Shown: positions 9,736-21,939 of the stretch, piece by piece
Layout: each line of letters starts with the position of its first letter
Position numbering within the stretch: the stretch's first letter is position 1
Source of the DNA: Acidobacteriota bacterium
Lineage (GTDB): Bacteria; Acidobacteriota; UBA6911; RPQK01; JAJDTT01
Reading direction: 5' to 3'
DNA length: 64,000 nt
Assembly: GCA_965209055.1 (NCBI GenBank)
Contig: OZ242374.1
Coordinates: 1,760,001-1,824,000 of the forward strand
Notes under the pieces: generated by a model
What the model saw: only the letters and a program-made list of their open reading frames with translations
Told to the model about the DNA's origin: nothing
Databases searched by the model: none
Translations under genes and position numbers: made by a program

Positions 9736-10854
9736 ATGACCACCATCGAAATCCTTGACCACCACGTCGTCTACGAGAATCCACAACCCTTCAATCGATC
9801 CCGTCATGGATACTTTCCCGGCCTGGTGAAACTGGCCTCGGGTGAGCTCCTGGGACTCTTCGTCCTGGGCGAGGCCTTCGAAGCGACCGACGTGACGACG
9901 TTCGTGACCCGTTCCCGGGACCAGGGGCGCACGTGGAGCCTCCAGGGTCCGCTGCACCGCAGGGAAGAGGCGTATCGCCACAACTCCGACTATCTGAAGC
10001 CGACCCTCCTGGACGACGGCAGGCTGATGGCCCTGGGCTATCGTTTCCACCGCACCGATCCGGATCAGACCATCGCCAACCCCGACCCCGCCGTGGACGG
10101 GATCCGGGGAGGCGACAACCTGGTTTCCTTCTCCGAAGACGACGGCCTCACCTGGTCGCATCCCAGGATCGTCCCGCGGTCGCGCCCGGAACTGATCGAA
10201 CAGTCCGGCCCGGCGATCCAACTCCGCAACGGAGTGATTCTGGGCGCCGGATCGCTCTTCCCCAGGTGGGACGGGAGCAATCCCAGCGGCTGCGTGGGAG
10301 CCCTGCTGCGCAGCGGCGACGGAGGCGAAACCTGGGATGACCGAACCGATTTCTTCCGGGACCCGGCCGGACGCTATGCGCCTTCGGAACCGAGACTGTG
10401 CGAGATGCAGGAGGACCGGATCGTCTCCCTGAACTGGATGATGGACCATATCCAGGGCACCAACACCACCAATCACGTCACGGTGTCGCACGATGGCGGA
10501 GCGGCCTGGTCGGACCCCATCGACACCGGTATCCGGGGACAGGCGTCGAACTTGATGCACTGGGGCGGCGACCTCCTGTTGACGGTCCACTGCCATCGCG
10601 AAGGAGAGGACATCGGCGTGTTCGTGAGGGTCGTCGATTTCTCGCGCGACCGCTGGCGGACGGTCGAAACGGCCAAGGTCTGGGGCAACGCCCCCTCCAT
10701 GAGGATCGCCGTCTACTCCGACATGGGCCGGGACCTGAAGTTCGGGCAAGCCTCGCTGCTGCGACTGGGGGACGGCGAGGTGCTCGTGACCCACTGGGCC
10801 ATCGAAGAGGGACAGGGAAGGATCCGCACCCACCGGATCCGCGTCCGGATCTGA
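9736..10854 (+). CDS. Sialidase-fold (BNR/Asp-box) beta-propeller protein
   Basis: Four Asp boxes ([32 protein letters not shown]). ATG at 9736 follows GGAG; the upstream part of the 8479 ORF is antisense shadow. Confidence 0.8.
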   Translation: MTTIEILDHHVVYENPQPFNRSRHGYFPGLVKLASGELLGLFVLGEAFEATDVTTFVTRSRDQGRTWSLQGPLHRREEAYRHNSDYLKPTLLDDGRLMALGYRFHRTDPDQTIANPDPAVDGIRGGDNLVSFSEDDGLTWSHPRIVPRSRPELIEQSGPAIQLRNGVILGAGSLFPRWDGSNPSGCVGALLRSGDGGETWDDRTDFFRDPAGRYAPSEPRLCEMQEDRIVSLNWMMDHIQGTNTTNHVTVSHDGGAAWSDPIDTGIRGQASNLMHWGGDLLLTVHCHREGEDIGVFVRVVDFSRDRWRTVETAKVWGNAPSMRIAVYSDMGRDLKFGQASLLRLGDGEVLVTHWAIEEGQGRIRTHRIRVRI

Positions 10855-10898
10855 TCTTCACCCTCGATGCTCCTCTCGTTTCTCACCGGTTGTCGGCG

Positions 10899-10928
10899 TT
10901 GACCGCCCGCGGACCGATCTCATATCAT
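10899..10928 (+). promoter_or_regulatory. Putative sigma70 promoter giving leaderless guaB mRNA
   Basis: TTGACC-N18-TATCAT, then 6 nt to ATG 10935; no SD sequence. Confidence 0.5.
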
Positions 10929-10934
10929 TCTTCG

Positions 10935-12395
<1,461 letters not shown>

Positions 12396-12416
12396 CGACT
12401 CCAAGCCGTCAGCGGC

Positions 12417-13445
12417 TCAAGCCAGCGTCGGTTCGGCGATATTCTTGCCCACGGCCCGGGCGATGCGGCGCATTTCGTCCATGAGGCTGGCGAACTGGCT
12501 CACGAACAACGACTGGGCTCCGTCGCAAAGCGCGTTTTCCGGATCCTGGTGCACCTCGATGAGGAGGCCGTCCGCACCGACCGCCACGGCGGCCCGGGAC
12601 AGCGGACCCACCCGGTTCCGGATTGCCACGGCATGGCTCGGGTCCACCACGATGGGCAGATGGCTGATCTGCTTGACCACCGGAACGGCGGAGAGATCCA
12701 GCGTGTTCCGGGTCAGGTTCTCGAAGGTCCGGATCCCTCTCTCGCAGAGGAGGACGTTGTGGTTTCCCTCGGCCATGATGTATTCGGCCGCCAGCAGCAG
12801 ATCGGTGATGGTGGCGCTCATGCCGCGCTTCAGAAGCGCCGGAATGCCGCTCTTCCCGATGTCCCGCAACAGATTGTAGTTCTGCATGTTCCGGGTTCCG
12901 ATCTGAATGATGTCGATGTAGTCGTGGGCCAGGGGAATCTGGGCCGATTCCATGACTTCCGAGATCACCAGCATGCCGTGACGGTCCGCCGCCTTGCGGA
13001 TGATCTGCAGTCCCTTTTCTCCGTGCCCCTGGAAGGAGTAGGGGGAGGTCCTGGGCTTGAAGGCGCCGCCCCGCATGACCCGGGCCCCGGCTTCCGCGAC
13101 CCCGGCCGCGACCTCTTCGCACTGGGCCTCGCTTTCGATGGTGCACGGCCCGGCCATGATCACCACCTCTTCCCCGCCGAACTCGACGTCCCCGATCCGA
13201 ACCCGGCTGCCCTTCGGGTGAAACGCCTTTGAGGCCAGCTTGTAGGGCTCGCTGATGCGGTGGACCTCCCGGACGCCGTCCATGCCCTCGTAATCCCGCG
13301 TGTTCACGTTCTTGGCTCCGACGGCTCCCAGCACCGTATAGTCCACGCCTGTCGACCGATGCACGTCGAAACCGTTAGCGACGAGCTTGTCGATCACGTG
13401 TTCCACCTGTTCCGAAGTTGCGTTGTGTTCCATGACGATGACCAT
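12417..13445 (-). CDS. aroF: DAHP synthase type I-beta with N-terminal regulatory domain
   Basis: IMAGPCTIES, RGGAFKPRTSPYSFQG, LLKRG, CERGIRTFE, DPSH. Confidence 0.95.
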   Translation of the reverse strand: MVIVMEHNATSEQVEHVIDKLVANGFDVHRSTGVDYTVLGAVGAKNVNTRDYEGMDGVREVHRISEPYKLASKAFHPKGSRVRIGDVEFGGEEVVIMAGPCTIESEAQCEEVAAGVAEAGARVMRGGAFKPRTSPYSFQGHGEKGLQIIRKAADRHGMLVISEVMESAQIPLAHDYIDIIQIGTRNMQNYNLLRDIGKSGIPALLKRGMSATITDLLLAAEYIMAEGNHNVLLCERGIRTFENLTRNTLDLSAVPVVKQISHLPIVVDPSHAVAIRNRVGPLSRAAVAVGADGLLIEVHQDPENALCDGAQSLFVSQFASLMDEMRRIARAVGKNIAEPTLA

Positions 13446-13477
13446 GATGGATTCCTTTCTCTCGGTTCACCTCGGAC

Positions 13478-13753
13478 CTAACCGCTGTTGCGGTGCTCCC
13501 GCTCCACCCGTCGGGATTCGTCGATGATCCTTTCGAACAGACGCTTGATGGCGGCTTTGGACAAGGGCCCGCGTGCGGCCTCCTGAACCAGCCGAATGAC
13601 CTCTTTCTCGCGTTCCGGGTCATAGACACCCAAGTTCGACTTGTGCTTGAGCTTGACGATTTCGATCGCGCACCGGCTGCGGCGGTCGAGCAACTCCACC
13701 AATTGGAGATCGATCCGGTCGATTTCGCTCCGCCAGTGGTCGATGTCAGTCAC
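13478..13753 (-). CDS. Chorismate mutase (AroQ type)
   Basis: WRSEIDRIDLQLVELLDRR, YDPEREKEV, LFERIIDESRR; GTG start after GGGG. Confidence 0.9.
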   Translation of the reverse strand: MTDIDHWRSEIDRIDLQLVELLDRRSRCAIEIVKLKHKSNLGVYDPEREKEVIRLVQEAARGPLSKAAIKRLFERIIDESRRVEREHRNSG

Positions 13754-13783
13754 TCTCGATGCCCCTTTTCGGATTCACCGGGC

Positions 13784-13817
13784 AAAAAAAAACCGTGGGC
13801 TTCTGGGTTGCCCACGG
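13784..13817 (-). terminator. Intrinsic terminator of the Phe/Tyr attenuator
   Basis: Minus strand CCGTGGGC-aacccagaa-GCCCACGG followed by T9. Confidence 0.85.
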
Positions 13818-13848
13818 CTTCAAGGTCGCCTGCAATGGCAGGCCGACC

Positions 13849-13893
13849 TCAGCCGTTTCTAAAAAAGTAATAGAAGCTCCGCAGACTCGCCAT
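13849..13893 (-). CDS. Phe/Tyr-rich leader peptide MASLRSFYYFFRNG
   Basis: ATG GCG AGT CTG CGG AGC TTC TAT TAC TTT TTT AGA AAC GGC TGA, with AAGGA SD; lies just upstream of the terminator and chorismate mutase. Confidence 0.85.
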   Translation of the reverse strand: MASLRSFYYFFRNG

Positions 13894-13918
13894 AGCCGTC
13901 CTTTGAACGTAGACAGGC

Positions 13919-13947
13919 ACAATACCCCAGAATTAACCGGGAATCAA
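13919..13947 (-). promoter_or_regulatory. Putative internal sigma70 promoter for the chorismate mutase-aroF unit
   Basis: TTGATT-N17-TATTGT overlapping the trpA stop. Confidence 0.5.
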
Positions 13948-14692
13948 GTGATCCCGGGCGAAGCGGCCGACTTGCCGGGGCAGGTCGGCCGTATGCCGGT
14001 GCTCGTCCACGAACCGGACCAGGGCGGTTCCGATCACCGCGGCGTCGGCGTACCGCCAGACCCGCCGGACGTCCTGCGCCGAAGTGATCCCGAATCCCAC
14101 CGCGATGGGAAGGGAGGAGTACTTGCGCAGCCGGCGGATGGTCGCCGGCACCTGCGACTCGACGTCGGACCTCCTTCCGGTGACGCCGGTTCGGGCAACG
14201 AGATAGACGAAGCCCCCGCTGGCCCGGCTCACCTTCTCGAGCCGCTCGTCCGACGACGTCGGCGCCGCCAGGAAGATGATGTCGAGTCCCCGGACGCAGT
14301 GCCCGGGGTCGCCCAGCTTCCGGAACCGGTTGTGCTCCTCGGGGGTCAGGTCCGAGATGATGATGCCGTCCAGACCGGCCTCGACGGCTTCGCGCGCCAA
14401 CCGTCCCGGGCCGTAGCTCCAGACCGGGTTCATGTAGGTCATGAATACCAGGCCGGCGTCCACCCTGGCCCGCAGCCTCCGAACCAGTTCGATGTAGTCT
14501 GCAATGCCGTAACCGTGCCTGAGAGCACGGAAAGAGGAGGTCTGGATCACGGGCCCGTCCGCGATGGGGTCGGAGAACGGGATTCCGATCTCCACGATAT
14601 GGGAACCGGCCTTCACCAGCTCGACAACGATCCGCTCGGTGGCTTCCAGATCCGGGTGCCCCGCCGTCACGAAGGGGACGAAGCACTTCGGG

Positions 14693-15888
<1,196 letters not shown>

Positions 15889-15892
<4 letters not shown>

Positions 15893-16476
15893 TGTTTGTC
15901 GTCTCCGACTTGGGCGGCGTGCTCCCGAGCCACCTTCAGAAAGGCCCTCAATTTGTCCCGGTCCTTGATTCCCGGAGCACTCTCCACGCCGGAACAGACG
16001 TCCACGCCCAGTGGCTCGAGACGGCCCAGGGCTTCACCCAGATTCTGAGGCGTCAGGCCGCCGGAGAGGAGAAACGGACGATTCAGCGATTCCAGCGCGT
16101 TCCAGTCGGCGAGCGTTCCGGTGCCCCAGGAAGTGTCGATGATGACTTCGTGCCCGGGGAAGCGCCGGGCGCCGGCGGGACTGGTGGCGATCCAGACGCG
16201 CTTGTCCGTATCGGGGACCTGGCAGGGGTCCTCGACCCCGTGCAACTGGATGACGTCGAAGGGAAGCCGCATCCACGAGTCCTCGCCGTGCCTTGCCACT
16301 GCGATGGCCACCGGAAAAACCTCCGGCGGAAGCTCATCGGCCAGGGCTTGAGCCTGGTCCGGCTCCAGGTAGCGCGGGCTCGGCGGGTAGAAGTTGAAAC
16401 CCAGGGCATTGGCTCCGTACCGGACCGAATCCAACGCGTCGCGGCGGCGGGTGATTCCACACACCTTGATGATCAT
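15889..16476 (-). CDS. trpF: Phosphoribosylanthranilate isomerase
   Basis: [43 protein letters not shown]; ATGA overlap with trpC. Confidence 0.93.
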
Positions 16477-17297
16477 CTCCGGAGGCTCCCGCGCAGCTCT
16501 TCCTCCGGCTCGCGGGCCGCGCCGGTTTGCAGCAATTCCCTCAATCCGGCCCCGGGGTCGTCGGAGTCCATCAGCAGCGAGCCGACCAGGAAGGCATGGA
16601 ATCCGGCATCGCGCAGCTCGAGCAGTTGGATATGTTCCCGGATTCCCGACTCGGACACCAGCACGAACCCGGTCTCCCCCTCCAGCAGCCGGGCCAGTTG
16701 GAAGGAGGTGTTCAGGTCCACGTTGAAGGTTCTCAGGTCCCGGTTGTTGACCCCGATGATGCGGGCCCCGCTCTCCACCGCCGTCTCCAGCTCGAACGCA
16801 TCGTGGACCTCCACCAGCGCGTCGAGCCGGAAGTCGCGCCCGTCCCGAATCAGTTCCTTGAGCCGTTCCGGCGAGAGGCACGCGGCGATCAACAGACAGG
16901 CGGACGCGCCGTGCGCCCGCGCTTCCGCCAGTTGGTAGGCGTCGAAGATGAAGTCCTTCCGCAACAGGGGCAATCCCGTCTCCTGATCCCGGACGGTGCG
17001 GATGAATTCCAGGTCGCCGTGGAAGTAATGCCTTTCCGTCAGCACCGAGATGGCCGCCGCTCCGTTTTCCAGGTAAAGCTGTCCGATCTCTTGGGGAGGC
17101 CGCCGGCAGGTGAATGCCCCCCGGCTGGGGCTCTGGTACTTGATCTCGGCGATGACGTTGACTTGGGGCCGGGTCAGCGCCGCCTCGAAGGAAGGGGCGT
17201 CCGGACCTGGATCGGCCTCCAGCAACCCGGCCAGGGGAACCCTGGCCCGAGCCTCCTCCAGATCCTGTTTCTTCCGGGCCAGGATCCTATCCAGCAT
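16473..17297 (-). CDS. trpC: Indole-3-glycerol phosphate synthase
   Basis: IAEIKYQSPSRG, ISVLTE, LRKDFI, GVNNRDL, VSESGI. Confidence 0.96.
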   Translation of the reverse strand: MLDRILARKKQDLEEARARVPLAGLLEADPGPDAPSFEAALTRPQVNVIAEIKYQSPSRGAFTCRRPPQEIGQLYLENGAAAISVLTERHYFHGDLEFIRTVRDQETGLPLLRKDFIFDAYQLAEARAHGASACLLIAACLSPERLKELIRDGRDFRLDALVEVHDAFELETAVESGARIIGVNNRDLRTFNVDLNTSFQLARLLEGETGFVLVSESGIREHIQLLELRDAGFHAFLVGSLLMDSDDPGAGLRELLQTGAAREPEEELRGSLRR

Positions 17298-18294
17298 AGG
17301 CTTCGACCAACTGATCCAGTTTCCGGACCGCGCTTCCCGAGTCGATGGATTCGCCCGCGCGATCCAAGGCGACTCGGAAATCCGCCTCTCCCGCCAGGCG
17401 AAGGGCCGCCGCCGCGTTCAGGACCACCAGGTCCCGCGCCGGGCCCTGGCGCTCCCCTTCGAGGACTCTCCGGATCAGCCGGGCGTTGTCTTCCGGACTG
17501 CCGCCGGCGACGGCCCGAGGATCCCAAGGAGCGAACCCGTATTCCGCCGGGTCGAATTCGAAGCTGCGGTCCCGGTTCCCCTCCACCTCGGTCACCCAAC
17601 TCGGCGCCGCAGTGGAGAGCTCGTCCAACCCGTCGCGGCTGTGGACCACCCAGGCCCGCCGGCAGCCCAGCGCGGCCAGGGCCTGTCCCAGTTTCCGAGT
17701 CAGTTCCGGTGCCCAGACGCCGATGATCTGGTACGGGGCGCCCGCCGGATTCGTGAGGGGACCCAACAGGTTGAAGATGGTGCGATGCGGCAACTGCCGC
17801 CGGACCTGCACCACTCTCTTCATGGCCGGATGGAACAGGGGAGCGAAGAGAAAGGCGATCCCCACCTCGTCGAGGCTCTGCCGGGCAACCTCGGCGGAGC
17901 GGGCGACCTGAACCCCCAGCGCCTGAAGAGCGTCCGCGCTGCCGCTCCGGGAAGTGGCGGCGCGGTTGCCGTGCTTGGCCACTGCAAGCCCGGCTCCGGC
18001 GATGACGAACGCCGCGGCGGTGGAGACGTTGAAGGTGTCGGCTCCTCCTCCGGTTCCGGCCGTGTCGATGAATCTGTCGTGCCGGCACTGCAGCCTCACG
18101 GCGTGCCGCCTCATGATCCGGGCGAAGCCGGCGATCTCCGCGGGGGTCTCTCCCTTGGAATACAACGCGCTCAGGAAAGCCATGATCTCCCGGTCCGGCG
18201 TTCCTTCCGCCAGGATCAGCTCCAGGGCTTGGGCGGCCGACTCCTGCGGGAGGTCCCGGGACGCCTCCAACTCTCGGGTCAGCTCTTGCAACAT
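17287..18294 (-). CDS. trpD: Anthranilate phosphoribosyltransferase
   Basis: DTAGTGG, FNVST, KHGNRAATSRSGSAD, RTIFNLLGPLTNP. Confidence 0.96.
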   Translation of the reverse strand: MLQELTRELEASRDLPQESAAQALELILAEGTPDREIMAFLSALYSKGETPAEIAGFARIMRRHAVRLQCRHDRFIDTAGTGGGADTFNVSTAAAFVIAGAGLAVAKHGNRAATSRSGSADALQALGVQVARSAEVARQSLDEVGIAFLFAPLFHPAMKRVVQVRRQLPHRTIFNLLGPLTNPAGAPYQIIGVWAPELTRKLGQALAALGCRRAWVVHSRDGLDELSTAAPSWVTEVEGNRDRSFEFDPAEYGFAPWDPRAVAGGSPEDNARLIRRVLEGERQGPARDLVVLNAAAALRLAGEADFRVALDRAGESIDSGSAVRKLDQLVEAYAG

Positions 18295-18851
18295 AGGAAG
18301 TTCTCCAGGATGGCCTTGCCCGGGTCGGTCAGCACCGATTCGGGATGGAATTGAACGCCGAAGATATCATGTTCCCGATGCCTCAATCCCATGATGAGCC
18401 CGTTGCCGGTCCAGGCGTTCACGACCAGGCATTCGGGAAGATGGTCCGGGCTGACCACCAGGGAATGATAGCGAGTGGCTTCGAAGGGATTGGGAATGCC
18501 GGAGAGGATGCTGTCCCCCTGATGATGGATCGTGGAGGTCTTCCCGTGCATCAGCTCCGGCGCCCGGATCACCAGGCCTCCATAGGCCGATGCGATGGCC
18601 TGGTGTCCGAGGCAGACTCCCAGAACCGGCACCCGGCCCGCCAACCGGCGGATCGCCTCGATGGAGATTCCGGCGTCTTCGGGCGTTCCCGGACCCGGTG
18701 AGATCACCAGCCGCTGGGGCGCCCGGTCCAGAATCTCGTCCGTCGTGATCCGGTCGTTGCGGTAGACCTCCAGGTCGCACCCCAACTCTCCCAGGTACTG
18801 GACCAGGTTGTAGGTGAAGCTGTCGTAATTGTCGATCATGAAGACGTTCAT
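18279..18851 (-). CDS. trpG: Anthranilate synthase component II (glutamine amidotransferase)
   Basis: MIDNYDSFTYNLVQY, ISPGPG, GVCLGHQ, GVQFHPES; ATGA overlap with trpE. Confidence 0.95.
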   Translation of the reverse strand: MNVFMIDNYDSFTYNLVQYLGELGCDLEVYRNDRITTDEILDRAPQRLVISPGPGTPEDAGISIEAIRRLAGRVPVLGVCLGHQAIASAYGGLVIRAPELMHGKTSTIHHQGDSILSGIPNPFEATRYHSLVVSPDHLPECLVVNAWTGNGLIMGLRHREHDIFGVQFHPESVLTDPGKAILENFLCCKS

Positions 18852-20224
18852 GATTGGATACCTGTCGAGCGGGCGGAGGTTCGCGGTTCCAGAGCCGAGG
18901 CCAATTCCAGAGCCCGAAACAGGGCACGCGCCTTGTTGCGGCACTCCTTGTGCTCGAGTTTCGGGACCGAATCGGCGACGATGCCGGCGCCTGCCTGAAG
19001 ATAGGCCTTGCCGTTCTTGATGGCGATGGTTCTGATTCCGATGCAGGAGTCCAGATTTCCCGCGAAGTCCAGATAGCCGACGGCTCCGGCGTAGACCCCT
19101 CGCCGGCACGGCTCCAGCTCCTCGATGATCTCCATGGCCCTGACCTTGGGAGCCCCGGTCACGGTTCCCGCGGGAAAACAGGCGGCCAGGGCGTCGAAGC
19201 GGTCCAGCTCGGGGCGCAGCCGGCCCCGGAGCGAACTGGTGATGTGCATGACGTGGGAGTACTTCTCCAGGAACATCAGGTCGGACACATGGACCGATCC
19301 GTAGGTGCTGACCCGTCCCAGATCGTTCCGGCCCAGGTCCACCAGCATCAGGTGCTCCGCCCGTTCCTTCTCGTCCCCCAGCAGCTCCTCTTCGAAGTGC
19401 TTCTCCTCCTCCGGGTTCCGGCCCCGGCGCCGGGTGCCGGCAATGGGACGGTATTCCAGATCCCGTCCCTGCACCCGGACCAGCATCTCGGGAGAGGAAC
19501 CGGCCAGATGCAGGTCTCCCATCCTGAGGTAGAACAGGTACGGCGAGGGATTGACGTAGCGAAGAGCCCGGTAGACGTTGAAGGGGTCTCCCGGATAGTC
19601 CGCCTCGAAGCGCTGGGACAGGACCACCTGGAAGATGTCGCCGGCCCGAATGTACTCCTTGGAGGTTTCCACCGCTGCGCAGAAATCCTCTTTCCGGAAG
19701 TTGGAGCGGGCGCAGGCCAGCGCAGGGAGGGCCTGGTCGGGATCGATGAGGGAAACCGCGGGCGGAGTGCGTCGAAGCCGGTGCTCCAGCTCCCGGACCC
19801 GGTCCCGGCTCTCGTGGGACATGATGATGATCTGGTGCTTGACGTGGTCGAAAGCCACGACCGTGGCGTAGAAATCCATGAGCACCGTGGTGGCCGGGTC
19901 GAGGTGCCCACCCTGCCGGATCAGGTTGGGTAGACGCTCCAGCTCCCGGACCATCTCGTAGGCGAAGATCCCGATGGCGCCTCCGGTGAAGGGAGGCAGG
20001 TCCGGAGCGGCCGTCTCCCTCAGCGAAGGAAACTGGCGGCGAAATCCCTCGAATTGCCCTTCGAAGACCTGGTAGGGGTCCACTCCCAGGAAGGAGTACC
20101 GTCCGATGTTCTCCCCTCCCTCGACGGACTCCAGGAGAAACCCTCTCCGGGCAGAGGACCCCAGGTTGAGAAAGGCAGTGACAGGGTTCAGAAGGTCGGC
20201 CCAAAAGGCCTTGGTGTAAAGCAT
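18848..20224 (-). CDS. trpE: Anthranilate synthase component I
   Basis: LLESVEGG, GDIFQVVLSQRF, NPSPY, SSPEML, PIAGT, EHLMLVDLGRND, PAGTVTGAPK. Confidence 0.96.
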   Translation of the reverse strand: MLYTKAFWADLLNPVTAFLNLGSSARRGFLLESVEGGENIGRYSFLGVDPYQVFEGQFEGFRRQFPSLRETAAPDLPPFTGGAIGIFAYEMVRELERLPNLIRQGGHLDPATTVLMDFYATVVAFDHVKHQIIIMSHESRDRVRELEHRLRRTPPAVSLIDPDQALPALACARSNFRKEDFCAAVETSKEYIRAGDIFQVVLSQRFEADYPGDPFNVYRALRYVNPSPYLFYLRMGDLHLAGSSPEMLVRVQGRDLEYRPIAGTRRRGRNPEEEKHFEEELLGDEKERAEHLMLVDLGRNDLGRVSTYGSVHVSDLMFLEKYSHVMHITSSLRGRLRPELDRFDALAACFPAGTVTGAPKVRAMEIIEELEPCRRGVYAGAVGYLDFAGNLDSCIGIRTIAIKNGKAYLQAGAGIVADSVPKLEHKECRNKARALFRALELASALEPRTSARSTGIQS

Positions 20225-20242
20225 GGTTCAGAGACTTCGTCC

Positions 20243-20287
20243 AAAAAAAGAAAGGCCGTGGAGAACTCTCTCCACGGCCTTTCTTCT
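20243..20287 (-). terminator. Intrinsic terminator of the trp attenuator
   Basis: Minus strand AGAAAGGCCGTGGAGA-gagt-TCTCCACGGCCTTTCT then a T-run, ending 18 nt before the trpE ATG. Confidence 0.88.
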
Positions 20288-20339
20288 GATCTCTATCTTG
20301 GCCCGTTGACGATGGACAGTTCTCCGATAACGATTTGTG

Positions 20340-20381
20340 CTAGAAGCGCCAGCCGTATCGGAGAAAACTGAAAATCGCCAT
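20340..20381 (-). CDS. trpL: trp leader peptide [13 protein letters not shown]
   Basis: 13-codon uORF with a single TGG, GAAGG SD; its coding sequence forms segment 1 of a 1:2/2:3/3:4 structure. Confidence 0.78.
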   Translation of the reverse strand: MAIFSFLRYGWRF

Positions 20382-20400
20382 GTCCAAATTGCCTTCTGTG

Positions 20401-20429
20401 AAGATACAGAGTCGGCGCCCGGCAGTCAA
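20401..20429 (-). promoter_or_regulatory. Putative sigma70 promoter of the trp operon
   Basis: TTGACT-N17-TATCTT directly upstream of the leader SD. Confidence 0.6.
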
Positions 20430-20482
20430 CTCGAAATTGGCTGGACGCTCTCCGTTTCCGCTGCCGCTTCGCAGGGGAGCCC

Positions 20483-21778
20483 CTACCCGCCCGACATGGA
20501 GCGGAGGAAGGTGGCGTTGTCGCGAGTCTTGCTCAGCTTGTCCAGCAGGAGTTCCATGGACTCGGTGACGGAGAGGGGATTGAGGACCTTGCGCAAGATC
20601 CAGACTCGATTCAGATCTTCGCGCTTCAGCAGGAGCTCTTCCTTGCGGGTGCCGGACCGGTTGATGTCTATGGAGGGGAAGATCCGCTTGTCGACCAGGC
20701 GCCGGTCCAATCCCAGCTCCATGTTTCCGGTTCCCTTGAATTCCTCGAAGATGACGTCGTCCATCCGGCTGCCGGTATCGATCAGGGCAGTGGCGATAAT
20801 GGTGAGGCTCCCGCCTTCCTCGATGTTCCTGGCCGCCCCGAAGAAACGCTTGGGCCGCTGCAGCGCGTTGGAGTCCACGCCACCCGACAGGACCTTGCCG
20901 GAGGGCGGGACCACGGAATTGTAGGCCCGGGCCAGACGGGTGATGGAATCCAGCAGGATCACCACGTCCTTGCCATGCTCCACCAGCCTCTTGGCCTTTT
21001 CCAAAACCATTTCGGCCACCTGGATGTGGCGGGAGGCCGGCTCGTCGAAGGTGGAGCTGATCACCTCGCCTCGCACCGAGTGCTGCATGTCGGTCACTTC
21101 TTCCGGGCGCTCGTCGATGAGGAGGACGATCAGGATGATCTCCGTGTGGTTGAGGGCGATGGAATGCGCGATGCTCTGCAGGATCATGGTCTTGCCGGCC
21201 CGGGGCGGAGAAACGATCAAACCCCGCTGCCCCTTGCCGATGGGTGTGAGCAGGTCCATGACCCGTCCCGTCAGGTTGGTTTGGTTCGTTTCCTGATTGA
21301 CGCGCTCGTCAGGATAGATGGGTGTCAGATTCTCGAAGAAGGTTCGGTCGCGAGCCACGTCCGGGTGCTCGAAATTGATGGCCTCCACCTTGATCAGGGC
21401 GAAGTAGCGTTCTCCCTCCTTGGGCGGCCGGACCTGTCCGGAGACGGTATCGCCGGTGCGGAGGTCGAAGCGCCGGATCTGCGACGGGGAGACGTAAATG
21501 TCGTCGGGACCGGGCAGATAGTTGTACTCGGGTGCCCGCAGGAAACCGAACCCGTCGGGAAGCGTCTCCAGAACTCCTTCCGAGAAAATCAGTCCGCTGC
21601 GCTCCGTTTGGGCCTTCAGGATCTGGAAGATCAACTCCTGCTTGCGCATCCCGGCGGCTCCGGAAATGGCCAGGCGCTTGGCGATCTGATTGAGAGCGTT
21701 GATGGTCAGCTCCTTCAATTCCTGAATATTGAGGGGCTTGCCGGTCTCCCGGAAGGTGGGCGTACTTGCTTCAGACAT
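20483..21778 (-). CDS. rho: Transcription termination factor Rho
   Basis: [55 protein letters not shown]. Confidence 0.98.
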   Translation of the reverse strand: MSEASTPTFRETGKPLNIQELKELTINALNQIAKRLAISGAAGMRKQELIFQILKAQTERSGLIFSEGVLETLPDGFGFLRAPEYNYLPGPDDIYVSPSQIRRFDLRTGDTVSGQVRPPKEGERYFALIKVEAINFEHPDVARDRTFFENLTPIYPDERVNQETNQTNLTGRVMDLLTPIGKGQRGLIVSPPRAGKTMILQSIAHSIALNHTEIILIVLLIDERPEEVTDMQHSVRGEVISSTFDEPASRHIQVAEMVLEKAKRLVEHGKDVVILLDSITRLARAYNSVVPPSGKVLSGGVDSNALQRPKRFFGAARNIEEGGSLTIIATALIDTGSRMDDVIFEEFKGTGNMELGLDRRLVDKRIFPSIDINRSGTRKEELLLKREDLNRVWILRKVLNPLSVTESMELLLDKLSKTRDNATFLRSMSGG

Positions 21779-21939
21779 TTTTCGATGGCCTTTCCAAATT
21801 GATCGCCACGGATTCTTTCACACCAGCCGTCTGTGGCGGGATGGCCGGCAGTCTCAGAGGGTGATCACTCCCCAGAGACTGAAAATCTCAAACCTGATGG
21901 TAGTCTTCCGGATGGACTCGCTGGAACAAGCACGTCCTC

